From assembly GCA_002633005.1 (NCBI GenBank), contig NMRA01000005.1, positions 1,851,048-1,915,047 on the forward strand: a DNA stretch of 64,000 nt, in the 5' to 3' direction. This document shows, one piece after another, positions 24,601-39,600 of this stretch (its first letter is position 1; every line of letters begins with the position of its first letter). The position numbers and the translations under genes were made by a program. The stretch is from Phoronis australis. Taxonomy: Eukaryota > Animalia > Phoronida. The notes under the pieces are model-generated. The model saw only the letters and a program-made list of their open reading frames with translations. It made no database searches and was not told the DNA's origin.

Positions 24601-27600
24601 CATGAGTTGACAATGTCTGCCTTGCAAATTGTGCTAGTCAGTTGTCACATTTGCTTTTGGCACGATCACAACTTTCTAAATAACAGCTGCTGTTGTTTTA
24701 GTTTGAATTAGCACTTAATTGGGACTCTTATGTGTAACATCACAATGTTGTAAAGCTGTTATTTGTTTCATTTTCAGAGTTCAAGACCACGATGACCTGA
24801 CCCCCATTTTTAACCGACAGAGCGACATGCTCACAAACACTTATGGTGACTTTTTCCTGGCTGAGCTCATTGAGGCACAAGATGACAACATGCATTGTCT
24901 GGTGGCTGAGGTAATTCCTATCCACATTCAGTAATAAATTAAGAAACGTATTTCATCATTTGCAAAATACCTTGCAAGAGAATCTGTTTGTTTTGCGTGA
25001 TCATTGCGGGACACACGATTCATGAGTGCACTTAAGAAACTGTTTGGACAAAACTGTTCAATCTACACCCAGATGTGTTAAAATAATCTTTCACTAATAG
25101 GAGAACATCATGTGGTGTTTGGTGTTCGCATTGCTGAAAACACTGCTGGTTTTCTGGTTTTTCTAGTTTGATGGAACAGCCATTGGATTCATGAGCATTT
25201 GCCGGGATGTCAATGTGGCTCTGCTCAATGAGTGTTTTGAGCTTGGCCCATTCCACGGTCTGAGGAAACCATGTGATGCCGATGAATTAACTGCACCTAA
25301 AGTACCAACACCACCGCCACAAGGTACGGGTTTATAACTCTGTCTTAATTTCCCTGTGTTTGGGTACGTTTTCTAGTTATTCACTTTGCTGCAATTTGTC
25401 ACGTAAAGATTTTCATTTCTTGTGATGAATCTTTTTAGGGGAAAGTATTGCTCATCTCACCCCATAATCTTTTACATCCAGATGTCTCATCTGCCATTTG
25501 TTGCTTGTTGGGTATCTCACCAGCTGTATTATGTTAAGTCCTCAAACACGCACTCTGCCCTGCCTCCACTGATACCAAGAGGACGTGCACAATCCCATGA
25601 CCTAATTGTGGAATAGGCGTTTTTCACTTATTGTAGTCTCTTGATTAGTCAGAGCTATGGATTTTTGCACTTGACTGTTATGCAAGGAAGTGTTATTGAT
25701 AGAATGCCTTGTGTTTGTTTGGAGTGAATGATCTGGTCTAATGCTGTCATTTTTACCAATCATTTTATTCTTCATTTCAGCTAATGTTGAAGAGACGCGG
25801 CCTGAATCTGGCAAATCTAACACTTCTCCTAAACCTGATGAAGCTGCAGAAGAGGAGAAAGAGCCTGAAGATGGTACTGCTGCACCTGAACAAGCAGCGT
25901 CTCCTGTTGGAGGTATTGTGTAGCTTTGTATTATGTGCATGAGTTTTGTATGACATTAGATTTTGCTAACTTCAGAACATCGTATCTCATAAATGGCTGA
26001 TCAAATTCAAATGAAACTTTCAAGTGGTGCGGTTTATACACCATTCTCCAAATTGTTGTATTCATTGAGTCCTAGGCTAAATGCACAGTTATTGTATCAT
26101 TTTAAGCCAATGCTGAGCCTAGTGTACCAGCCAGTGAGACGGAGGTTAAAACTAAGCCCAAACTGAGTGATGCCAATATGGGTCAAAGTTCCAGCTCCAT
26201 CCTGAGCGCGTCAACAGTGGAAGGAAGTGTCAAGTCTGTGACTTGTCAGGTGCCTGCTGCCAAGTCTGGGACTAGTGTAAGTATTTGGCGTGTGATGTCA
26301 CTGTCTGTAGGGTTGTGCCATCCCTTCATATTTACGTACGTATAAGGCAAGGGACAGCTGCTAACCCTGTAAGAGATGTATAGGCTTATGCCTATATGTA
26401 TGGGAAATGCTGTGTGTAATGGTCTTTTCAATAAGAGAGATCTCCAGTAAAGATAATGCCCTAAGTTTTAGCTAGTACATCTGCAGTAACTACACAGGGT
26501 GTGCAAAACAATAAGGGTAAATAGTGTGTTTTCTAGTCAAAGTTAGGTAAGCTGTTCAAACTGGTCAGGTTGGTCATTATTCACATTATTTTTATTATTA
26601 TCTGCTTTTTGCAGACTGCTAACATTTTCGTTTTTTGAAGTCTTGTTCTCGGTCTGAAAGTCAAAGAAAATGCAGACAAGGAGAGGTTTCAGGGTTTGCA
26701 AAGAACTGACAGTTTGTTTTTTGTTGAGACTATGCTGGTCACATCAAATACCACACTGTTACACGACATTTTGTAGAGGCTGATTTCAAAAAATAACAAA
26801 CTGCCATATCTTTGGAAGCCCTGAAATCATCTCCGAGTTGACTAAGAAAAATCATGAGACCAATTTTATGATTTACTGTAAGTGACTTAATTTAAAAGTT
26901 GTTTTTGTGATGGAAGGTGGTTTAATAGCTGGTTTAAATATCGCAAGTTTACATAGTCTTGCTTCTTTCACTTGTTTTTTTGTAGAAAATATTTTAAGTT
27001 TGTTTCTTATGTAGCTGTAGCAAGACTTCTAAAATCATGGTTTACAATAAATTAGCTCATTGTCTCATTTTTCTACTGAGGCTCCTTATCCCCAAGCACT
27101 GTTTGTGTTTCCAGTCTCGACATTCATCAATGTCTCGAAAGGCCAGGCCTGACCTCCCTGTTTTGCCCAAGGCCTCTGATCGGTTCAGACCCGTTTTCAA
27201 AGGGCCATCAGATTGCTTCTCAATTCAGCTCTTTTGCATTGACGAAAAGTATGAAATGAGGTAAATATTTTGTGTTACTATTTAAACGTCTTTTATAACC
27301 AGAAACTTTTAGAAAATGATCTACGTTCCTTAAAACATGAATTACATTTCAAATGTTGAAGTTCAGCATCTAGGTTACATAAAACAACTTTATTAATTAA
27401 TCTACTCACTTGATAAGTATTATTGTCACGTGACATTGTAAACTGTAGCATCATTATTAATAATGATAACATGATGTCATTGTTATTTTCCTGTGTATGA
27501 TCTATGCAACCAGATCAAGGAGATTTTTTTCTGCTCAATTTTATTATCCTTCACAAAATTTACTGATAATTTAATGACTTTGTTCACTGTAGGTCCATGG

Positions 27601-30600
27601 ATTTCCTTCGACATGCGTTTGAGTTGTTTCCTGACAAGAGCTACGCTGTTATCACTGTGCCACACTTGGTGCCAGAGTTTCCACTGTTGCAGAAGTTTGT
27701 TGTGAGTAACATAAAGCATTTCAATATTCACCCAGAACAGATGTGTGTTTTATATACCCAAGATACTTGCAGTGAAATATTTTCCATTATGGAACAGAGT
27801 CAGTGAACTCTCCGTAATTGAGCATTTCAGTGTCATCAACCAATTACTTCAGTGGCCGTCATTTTGCTAGGACGCGCTAGAAAGCTCTAGAGCATTTTTA
27901 TGATAAACTTTGTTGTCTTTCGCTTGTGTGATTTTGCTTTTTTGCAAATTTCTTGCCTCTTTGTAACACACCCCTGATATTTAACTGTATTATTTTGCTG
28001 TTGGGTAACATGCGCTTGTCTTGTTTTAAACACTTGCAATTTAGACCGTCATAACTAGAAAAATAACAAAAACAATAAATTTACCAAAAAAGGTACAAAA
28101 TTTTAGCCACAGTTTTGGTGTCTCATATCTGATAGATTGATTGGCCTAATTTTAAGAATTTTCAACGCACTCATGGGTAATACATATCCTCTTGTGTTTA
28201 TGTCAGATTGTGTTTTAAATTAGCCCTTGGTTAACACAACGTACTATAGATATTAATTGTTACTTTACAGAGAGTGACTCCACGTGTACCTAGCACCTTG
28301 CCACATGAACTGTACATTTACAATAAATCTGGTTTGTTGATGTAAGTACTCAAAAACTATCCATTTCACTCATATTTCACAAAATTTGACATCAATAGCC
28401 GCTCAACAGACATTGTTTAGAGTAATTCAAAACACAAACTCACAAACTTTTGTAAAAATTCTTAATTTGTGATAGCAGCAAGTTTTGTTCAACCAACAGA
28501 CTTCAATCTGCTTGAGACTGATTCAGCAATACAAAATTGCCAACTTTAATCACAAGCATTTACATTAATTTGTTTTGTTGTAGGGACTTCAAGGTACGCC
28601 GCGCTTGTACCACTGACTACGCAGCTATCGAGAAGCTTGTTCAAACTGTCGATCTTTACGAAAACTTGCTTGCTGATCTCACCAAGTTCAACACAGCACG
28701 GCGAGATGACGTGAGTCACTTTGTTGTCATTTGTTCTGTTGAGAAGATACTGAATTTGAAACTATATGCATGCTAGAATTTGTTAATAAGTCTACAGATT
28801 TTACAACCTGGTAAGTTCAACTGACTGACGTTGGCTGTGTGTGCAATCGTCATGATACAAGGATAACACCCAATGTTCTCTTACTGGTGTACTCAAACTG
28901 GCACGTCACCAAGCCAACAACCCAACTGAGAGGATAAGACATTTGGATGAAAGATCTAACTATATGGTGTAAGGAGATTTGCACTCTTGGTCTCGGTGTT
29001 TGGTGACATTGTATCACTAGTCACAGTGTCTCTTCTGGCAAATGTTGACATTATGACTCTCAAGACCTTTCACTTAAGAAATTCTCATTAAAATGTGGTG
29101 CTCGTGGTTTATTTCAGGATGGTACTGAGATCCAGGCATTTGTGGCGGAGTGTGTTCATCAGATTGTCGGGGTGTGCGTCATTAGACAGGAAGAGGACAT
29201 TGAGTTTGTTCGGTCTCACTATAACATCGAGGACTTCATATATTTCAACCACCACAAACGAGAGGAGCATGGTCACTTGCACCACTTTGCTATGAACCCC
29301 ATATTTGGACATCTGTCGAAGCATTTCTTAAAGGTATGGTACATTGTCTGAGCTACATGTTTTTCTTCCGATCATGGAGTTTTGGCATACATTTGTTAGG
29401 TTATCCGTTTTTAAACAGTTTCATAGCAACCGTTTATTTTCATGAGCACTGTACAGATATGTAGTGGATGAATACTTATGATGGTTCAATTTTCTGTTCA
29501 CTTTGTTCTCATTTAAATTGATTTTATGGAAATTTTCACTTTGTACATTTGGAAAGGTTTGATTGTGAAAGTGTTCAATTTACATCATTGTGCAAATTAA
29601 TGGTATTCTCTGCGGTTCAATGGTTTACTCACATTGCGCTATCCGTGAGAGGGTGGGATTGAATTTCATTTGACTTGTGTTGTAAATTCTTTTTCATGTT
29701 TGGTCCAGGTAATGAGCAGCCTCACCAGTTTCTTCCATTGAATATGGACTTCTTTGGTACTGAAAAATATAAGCAGGACGTAGTTGCAATTTCAATGGAA
29801 CATTTGAAAAGCATGATATCAGTTTTGTTTTTCTTATTTTAGAGTGGATTACGTTGCAAAATTAAGGTTAACCCTACTTGAAGTTGTTTGAATGTTTGCT
29901 AAATTGCTATTTCAGGAAGTATTGAGGATTGGCCACAAAACATGTTTGTACTACCCTGTTTACCCGCCCTACTCTTCTAAGAAGGTTTGTTTATTCAATT
30001 TATTGCCTGCTTTTTCTACTGCTAGTTTATGCCATGATTCCTTAGATTTTTATTAAAATCACGGTGGTGCACTGAGTAGTAGTTAATCTACCAGTAAATT
30101 TTTAATAGTTCAGATTATTTTTTAATGTTTTTTGATATTTATAAACTTGGCGTATTTTGTGACTTAAGACATCAGGAAATTGAATGGATACCCGATTGCA
30201 GATTCTGTCACATCTTCGCCATAAGTGGACAAAAACTTGTTGAGTTGACTAGACGTCCAGTGAATTGAACAGATGCTCGACTGCTTGATATTTTTTCTTG
30301 TATCGGAGTAAACACTGCACAGTGGTACTGACCTTGTATGTGGACTTGAGAACCTTGAATAGCTGTTTGGAATTCTTGCTTTGCCTGTGTAGGCACTTGT
30401 TCATTTGTTTTTAGTACAGTATTTTATCCATCAAGCGATTACATCATCTTGCGATAACTTCAATTTGATGATTGACTCCATACCTTTTCCTCCAGAGTCT
30501 TTCACAACACTCTATGGTGACTTGCCTGAACGAGCTGGTCCCAGTCAGGGCACGCCGACAGATTGTCTACCCAACAGAGAAGCTGTCAATCAATGCACCG

Positions 30601-33600
30601 TCAGACAGAGTGTTGAAAGAAAACGAACCATATGCCCTGTGTCACATCAATAGAAAGTTGACCCTTGAGCCAAAGGTGGTGATTAATGCCAGGATAGTGG
30701 TTGTGGGTGCCTCCGACACTGGGGTATCCTTTCTAGAGACCCTTGCATTTTGGTGAGACTAGTTGTTGTTTTGTAATTTTAAGTTTGATCCATGTTTGTT
30801 TTTAGATTGTAATGTGTGTGTTTGTCTGATAGTACACATAGCCAGCTCTGCCAACATCTTGATCTATAATTAATTTTCCTTGTTAAGTAATTATTCTTAG
30901 AAAAAATTGCAATGATGTTTAAATGATTTTGGTAAAATGAAATTTTTGACTGACATACAGCAAGTTTTATAAAATTTTATTATTGATTTTTTTAATTGAA
31001 ATTCCTGAATGTAAAGTGGAACCATAGTAATGGGTTATTCTCAGTATATTCATATTTCATTTTCTACTTGCATCCAAATCTGTTTCGTAATGATGAATTT
31101 GAATAAACTGTGAAAGTAAGTAGAGAATCCTGACTTGTTTGTTCCAGTCCTCACCTGAGGTTCAACAACATGTTCCTGATCTCACCTCATGGTTTACCTG
31201 GAGAACTCACACCTGAGTCTCGTCAAGACAATATGACTGGCAAAAGGTGAGAGTTGATGCAAGTATTCGATGAAGTGGGAATGATCTCTTAGTGGATAGT
31301 TCAAGGCTTTGTTTGCATATCCCAGGGTGGAGAATTTGTCGACTATTTAGTATCACACCAGCGTATATTTTATTAGGTGCAAAATGGGCAGATTTCTTAA
31401 ACTTTAAAAATTCACCAAAGAAATGTCGAGTGTTACGACAAATTACTGTTGATCCACAACACTTCTGTCAGCAATTGTTTAATTTTTAATTACAAAACCG
31501 ACCATTACATATGAATTATGTTGTGTCTCAGAAGGTACAGAAGTCTTGTCAGAAATCAGCACTTTAGATTATATACGACATTATTTACAAGTTTCTGTAT
31601 TTAAATAATGTGATACATTACATAGAGTACATAAAGTATTCTATTATGAATGATTGATCAGCTGATTGTCTTCTAATGTCCATGTCTATGTCTGCTGTGA
31701 TTTCACTACCATTAGTTAAGCCAGTTAAAAAATAAACAGTCATGCTCGTCATCTGGGGTTCATTCAGAAATTGGCATGGGTACACTTTTTATTTTTTATT
31801 TTATGACCTTGTTAGAAGTGGTGTCACAGACCACGCCTGGCAAAGTCTGCCACACAGGCCTGTGTCCACTAATAAACTATTCTATGGTTAACATCATATC
31901 ATATACTTGCAAGCAAGCACATTCCTGGAGCATTGTTTGATTATGTATCTTCAGAAGTGTGGCAGTGCAGACGATGTGACTCGCAGTTTCCATAGACTCA
32001 CAATGTAGCACCATGTGGTGATGGATAGGATTTTATGACGCTTGCAAACTGAAATTTATTTGATAAAAAGTAACTGAAAAAATCTGCATGGCACATTTTT
32101 TTAGGCTTGAAGGGGAATGATTAATATGCTTACCTTTTTTATCTTTATATGATCACAACAGTCACCTTTCATTTAACCTTTGTTCTTTCATCCAGCAACA
32201 TAGCTCGGACATGACATAATCTTTCTTCAAATTGAGTTGTTTATTTGTTATGAAACTAACCTTAATTCCAAGTGTTTAATTAAGTACACAAGACCCCAGT
32301 AAACATATTACATCAACCTTTCACGGACAAATTGACTTGTATAACTTACATTAGCTCATTAATGTAGGCTAATGTTGTATTTTATTTTAATGGAATGAGT
32401 CACGCGCCTGGCTTTACACGTGAAGCATTGATGCAAGACTACTGATTAAATGAAGTTTGTAGTTTTGAATGAAATACAGAGTTTGTGTAGTTGAAGGCTA
32501 TTGCTTTCTCACTGGTGCTGCTGATTTTCAATAACATTATCATTATTCCATTTTAGCCACTGTTACAGCGTGGAGGAGAGTGCTCAGGTTGCTCTCAGAA
32601 CATGGACTAATGTGATTTATGGGAAAATGACGGGGATTGACAGGTAAATGCTAATTAATAAATGTTTCACATAATTATAAATCGTCAATATTGACAGTCA
32701 TTAAAGACTAATGACCACTTTTATCCATTGGTTAACAAACGGAAGTAATAACTAGGCTTACGAAATCTTTACGTCGTAACACTAAATTCAGTTAATTAAA
32801 TAATGTATGGGACAAAGGAAGAATGACTTTGGCATGACCTTAATGTTTAGTCTATTAAATGTAGAAGCACGTAGTGTGAACTGTCTGTAAATAAAGTTGC
32901 TGTTAGTGCATTGTTTGAACTATCTAGTAAATAAAGTTACTGTTAGTAGTGCATTGTTTGAACTATCTAGTAAATAAAGTTACTGTAGTACATTGTGTGA
33001 ACTATCTAGTAAATAAAGTTACTGTTAGTAGTACATTGTGTGAACTATCTAGTAAATAAAGTTACTGTAGTACATTGTGTGAACTATCTAGTAAATAAAG
33101 TTACTGTAGTACATTGTGTGAACTATCTAGTAAATAAAGTTACTGTAGTACATTGCGTGAACTTTCTGATAAATATAGTTATGTAATACTTTAGTAGTAT
33201 GGCCATACAAAACCAACACTGAATAAAAAACATTAAAGAGTTAGACAAATCCAGTCTCGTGGTCTTACCTGTTGTCTTAAAATTGAAACGTAATACCAAC
33301 AGTAGACTCTAGTTAAAACTGACATAGAGAGACGACTACATCTGCTTGAAATATTAATTGGCATTATGTGTTATCAGCTTATCCGTCATTTTTGAGAGTG
33401 CTAAACAAATACCTCACTCTGACATCGATGTGTCTCTTCATGTCTGTTTTGATTGTACATCGCTGTTCAGTAGGGCGTTCTAAAGAAAGACAAAAACACT
33501 GTAATAGCCTAAGTTTGCATTGTTACGTCGCTTTACAGACACAAGAAGCATGTAGTTGTCAACTACTCACATGTTGTCCCCTACGACCATCTCATTTTGA

Positions 33601-36600
33601 CAACTGGTCAGCAGTACCAGATTCCCTGTCCGACAGATGCAGACATCAACTGTAATGTAACCAACAGTACACTGGCCAACAGCCCTGACCGCTGGTTCAC
33701 TGGCCAGCCGCCTAGCAATTTGTTTGTTGTCAACGACACATTTGATGCAGCTGTGTGTCTGAATTGGGTGGAAAATCAAGTGAATCAAGGTAATGTATTC
33801 TGATACTCACTTTACTTAAAATACTCAATGAAGGGTTTATATTAAGAGGTTCCAGAGTGCTGATTGATTATAAGTAGAAATTATTTGTGTACTGAGTATC
33901 CTTTGTGACTGAAAAGTGTAATTTTATTTTGTTGCATTTTCTGAAAAACAAATAGGTATAAAAAGTAAAATTTGGTTGGTGCATTGAGGAAAAGTCCTTT
34001 TTCTTCTTAGCATACTTTAACTATGAAGCAGCTAAGCAGTAGCCCTGTTTATCCCAACTAAAATGAAAAACAAATTGGGCCTTTTGCTCTTATAAAATTT
34101 GTCTCATGATTTTCCTTGCTGAGGGATAGGATGTTTGAATACAGTTTTAACTGAAGGCTGAGTGTTAGAAATGGGCTCAATTTATATGACTTGTGATAAA
34201 ATTGTATTACAAAACTTATTTTCTTTGGTTTAGGACAGAGCTCACCACTTGGTCAGCTTTTCTTTGAACTATTGCAAATTAGACATTTACAGGACTGCCT
34301 TCATGTTTACAGGTGGCCTTCTTCAGTCTGGTACTCTGATTGTCTACGGCAACACCTTGGATGCCTACTGCAGTGTGGAGGTGTTGAGGTCCGTCCTACC
34401 TTCAAGCCAGATTGTGTTCGTGCAGCCACCTGTTGAGGAAGTATGTAATTAACGATTCTACATTGTGTCAGTCGTGTTTGTAGTTCAGGGCCTTGTGCCT
34501 AATCTGTGATCTTGAACTGGAAACTCCAAATTATTTTTGACATACTGTAAGTATACTTTAGTACAAACTCAAGGTATGCATCTATGATTAAGAACTCATT
34601 GACAAGCAGATACGGGTTATACGCAAGACGATTTTCTGGTCAACCAACTTGAGTTGAAGCTCGAGACTTTGAGTTCAGGATTGAAAATGCGTTAATGCTG
34701 GGATCATCAAGTGCAAACTGAGATTAAGTGTGGCGTTTATTCATGTAATCCACTACGTGTATGCAAGCACAATACAAAGGGACATTAAAGAAATGTAATT
34801 ATCTTAGTAAGTCCATGCTTAGATAGAACAAAAAATATCAAAACTGATTTGGAGATCGAGTTCAAGTTCCGAGACTAACAGGAAAACAATTTAATCTAAT
34901 GGTTATTTATAAGCAAATTAAAAGTACAAAGATGACGGAACTAATTTTGAAACGTAAGCTATTTCCTGTTATTGTTTTTCAATAGAGGCATCCTCAATGT
35001 CACATTAACAAGAATGTTACGGCAATATTTATTTACTCGGCTGTAATCCCTGTGCATAAAGCAATTAAATCTGAAAGGTTCAACTGAAGTGCCTTGTTGT
35101 TTTCATTATGCCCTTTCTTATTGTATCATATCTTATTGTCTATAGCGCCACATTATTGCAAAAATCAACTTATTCAGGCATCTTAATTTTTTAATTTAAG
35201 ACCCTGACTGTGTACGTTGTAAGTGCTAAGTGAGGTTATAACGCTCAACAGAGAGACTTGTGGGGTAAACTCATTAAAACACATTAAGAGCAATTAATAA
35301 AATGTAGCACGAGACAATTTTGAGTTTTGAATATTTTACCTTTATTGTTCCAACACTCTTAGTTTTGGCCGCAATTCTTCACTTATTTTGCACAATTGTC
35401 ATACTTTTCATTTTTCCATTTCTCACTACTTGATAACACTTCTAATTTACCAAAAGCTTTGTTTGACATGTACATAGTGAAAACCATACTTAGTAATAAG
35501 ATTAAAAAGTTCTTATCTTTAGCTGTGTGGAGAAATTTTATTACAAAACAGAATTTTCATTTATCGGCGGCGTTATGTGCTAAATAAATGAAAAAGTGCC
35601 ATGTTCCTGTACTTTCAGATCTCGTGTTTCAATAACCCTGATGTGGAGGATGCTATGTGTTCATCTCTCAAAGAGCTGGGCATTGAGGTGTATACGGGCT
35701 ACCTACTGGCTCAATGGAATGACGGGCAATCAGGGGACACCATTCAGTGTGTCACATTCACGTCTGATGCCAAACCACTTCGTCTACAGTGCTCTGTAAG
35801 TTCCTTTCATGGTCACAACAATTTGTTGAGGCTGTCGCAATTTGCTCTTTATTTTGAATTTGTTATTGCCATGATCGTTGTTGTTATCATTGCCATCCTG
35901 TCTAGAGTACCCTTATTTAGGGAGCGCTTAACAAAATACTAGATTGTTAAAACAGGATTCAGACACTTTGTTATTTTTGATGGGCTGTTCTTTTCTTGCA
36001 AAATATTAAAAGCTGTTGCCAACAGTGAAAAGTTGCATGTAAAATGAAGACATTCGTCAATATAAAAGTATGTACAATATTGAAATTAAATGAAAGAGAA
36101 TAATCAAAAGGGAAAAACAAAGTTACACTGATATACCCCATTGCCATACCACACCCAGCGTTTTTTATTGTTTTCATACAATTTGACTGCAATTATAATG
36201 ATAGGAGTTGCTTTATTGCACCTGCATGAATTAAACTTTGACCCAGCTTGTGGTGATGACATGCAAGTTGTCCAAGTTGTCCTCTTTAAACTTTTCTGTG
36301 TTTACCGCTTAACACTTCATTGCTAAAAATCTGTCAAGGAAAATATATTACAGAATTTGAAATGTTTCCTTGCGATCAGATAACATAATTTTACCACGCC
36401 ATTGGGAATTCATGACCTGTGCATGAATATTTACTTTGCTGTAATTTGTTTGTTTGCGCACTTATAAAGTACATTCAGTTTTTGCTTTGCTTTGACCATG
36501 AAGAGCCAGTTATTAAACTGATGCCATGATCAGAGTTGATGGAGGATGAACTATATGAACCAATGTGTGAAATGAAATTACGATAAAATCTCATCAAATT

Positions 36601-39600
36601 AGGACACAATATTATGGACAAGTGCATTATTTACTCATTTGTTCGATAAAATATACGTAGCACCAAATTAAGGCTTTTCCATGTTCAAGTTCTGCACCAC
36701 ATCAGTTGTCACCAGACAGTATTTTTGAAAAATTGTGGGCCTGCACAGCAATGTTAAGAAGCCCTTGAAAAATGAAAAAGGGCAATTTTGGCAATTATTT
36801 TTGTCTGAAATTAGTGCGATTTTACGGTATACCTTGAACAAGCATGAGGTGGCTGTACTTCTCTACCTATTAACTAAACAGGAAATCATGCAAAATGCCC
36901 AGCAGTACTATATTAATGACATAACTAGGATTTAATTAAAGTACCCACAACGCTTTTGCTTCACTTAAGCCTGAGATGTGATAGTTTAATGTATTTCCTC
37001 TTGAGGTTGCCTGCGGGAATGCAATTTTTCAACATTTTCCGGGCCGAGTTACATTGACGCGAGAATGTCGCGAATAAAGCCGTTGTGGTCATGGGCTTCA
37101 CCTGCAGTGTGTATTGTGATACCTAAGGATGTATTGTGCAATGCTTCGTTATCGTAAGGTTCTCGCACCTATGTTGCTCAGCGCTGGTTTCATGTGCAAA
37201 AAGGTGTATAGCAGCTGCTGCATTTTGTCTGTGTTTAGTAGTCAATGTTAAATTCCTAACCAAAGCGATTTGAAATTTGAAGACACACTCATCCAATCTT
37301 GAATTATTGTCAAATGAGCCGGCAACTTGTAAGTCAAGTCACAGGCAATGCGTACATGGGCCATTTTTGAATCCCCAGTTTTAGGGTTGGCCCCATTATA
37401 CTCTGAAAAGTTTTCTTGTGTCACTGATACTTTAGATGTTTTAGATGATACTGGAGAGGAAATCCGTAGTAAGGAGTATTATGAGACTTATTTTTTTGAG
37501 AGAAAAGGCCTTTTCCGATATTTGTTTTTAGCCAGCTTTAAACATTCTGTTCTTTAATAATCATTTAAAAGGACTATGATGGTTTGATACATGTTTCGCT
37601 TATAATTATTATGTATTTATGAGTATCATGACATATTAATGAGTATTATGCCCTTTGATATTTGGACTTAATCGGTCTTGGCATACGAATAAAATGTAAA
37701 TGACCCGTATGACAGCCAGTATGATGAAAACTGATTCTTTTTCAGGCTTTTGTCAGCTTCTACAAGAAAAAAGTTGATTTTGAAGCTTTCAAGGGTATGT
37801 CAGTGTGCCAATTGTAACTAGTACTAACCATGACCTCCTTTAGGTAAAAAGAACTTGACCGGTTTGTTTTGACCTGAGTTCGCAAGGTCATAAGTCATGG
37901 AAGTAAAAATGTTTGTTTTGCATCATTTAATAGTGCAATGAACATTTACTTATATCTCTCTTTTACTCTCATTTCTTGATGGTGTCCATTTCTAAATCCA
38001 GATAAATCTAGTCCTTTTTTGACTTGAACGCCAATTATCTACCACTCTTTGAAGAGTTTACTTACTAAAACCCTATGGAAATGCGTATGAATTCATTTAG
38101 ATAAACATCTCTTGGCTGTAAATACTTGTCAACAAACGAAACCCAGTAACTTTGTTTTTGGCTAATTTTCATTGCATTTTTATTGTGAAAGTGTTTCAGT
38201 AACCTAACTTTAACAAGGAATTCAATTTTAAAAGCCAAGCAGTTAAAAAGATCACTGACGATATTGTAATTATCGTCCATTGTTTTATTACGACAAAGCC
38301 ATAGTTCATGCAGTAATTGTTCTGGTCCACACAAAAATGTGGTAATGGTCAGTTCATGGGCCTCGCGTTTTCTCCCCTGAATAACAGGCATCAAACTGGT
38401 TCTCATAATGCAGGACCCCCTGTAATTGACTAATGCCAAAAAACGGTGCTCATGGTATCAAGAATTGCTTGTGTTTCTTGTACAGACTCTCTTCGTTTCT
38501 TGTGCCCCAGCCTTCTGAAAAAAATCCAACTGCACATTTTGGCCTTTTTCCATTGTGAACTCAGTCTTTCCTCTTTGTTCCTTACTTAGACTAGAAATGA
38601 TTCAAGCGCGAGAAGAACTGATATGTGATTGCTTCCAACTGGGCTCAGTTGCCAGTCGTGGCAAGTCATTCTCAGCTGTTGAAGCAATATGTCCGTCTGC
38701 ATAATTCCATTGTGTTTTCTTAGTAACTGATTTCAATTCAAGCTCAGCTTAAGAACACAACTGTAACTGATTACTTTGGAATACCAAGTGGACCTGTGAA
38801 GACGGGATGTTTTCAACACCATAACATGGTTTATATATAGTGACTTTAATTGAATTTTTTTCACTTTTGAAATTTGCACCCAAGTTCATTAAAGTTGGCT
38901 TTGATGGAGTTCTTAATTTGCGAAACGGCAAAGTTGGGAAATTTGTAGAAAGCTGGGTCACATAATCTTCTTGGAAAAACCATAGTCCAGACCAAGCTCT
39001 TATTGTGAGGAGGCTAAAATAAGCATCTTCTTTTCACTGGATTACCGGTAGTGTCAAACAAACTGTTTATGAGGTCGATTTCCCATTTCTACCTCTTCTC
39101 TTGCAGCTGTTAATGATGCTTGCCTTGTGTTTGACGGTCGCCTGGTGATTGACGCCATGTTTCACACTAACGATGTCTCCATCAGGGGAGCTGGACCATT
39201 GACCAAGTTCCAACGCAAGTATCATGCAGATCAGTGGAGTCATGCCAACTTTAACTCCAAAGAAGTGGGCATACAGGTACAAACAATTTTTTAAAAACTA
39301 TCGATTTCTATTTTCGATCTCTTTTACTACCAAGCTCACCTCTCGGTGAATTATGTAGCCAATGCCAAATGTGGGGATCAGAGAGTTAGATAATTGCCAA
39401 TTCTTGACCAAGTTATTTTTCTTCTGATTTTTTCTCGCATTTTTATGCGCCCACATTTTTATATGTGGATGCATTATGCCGTCATCTCCGTCCGTCTGTC
39501 CGGCATCGGGTGTTTGGCGTCCGCTGCTCTATCTCCAAAATCCTTTGACATACCTTCATTAAATTTTGCACATATGTTCCTATCATGCATGCGAAAGCAT

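Noticed and set aside
29418-29430. Intronic X-box-like sequence GTTTCATAGCAAC (similar half-sites near 46684 and 56527)
   Set aside because: A short degenerate motif far from any supported promoter; it cannot be told from chance without conservation or ChIP data.
32871-33181. CRISPR-like array (also considered for 58357-58518)
   Set aside because: Head-to-tail repeats with no unique spacers, located in eukaryotic introns with no cas genes; these are minisatellites.
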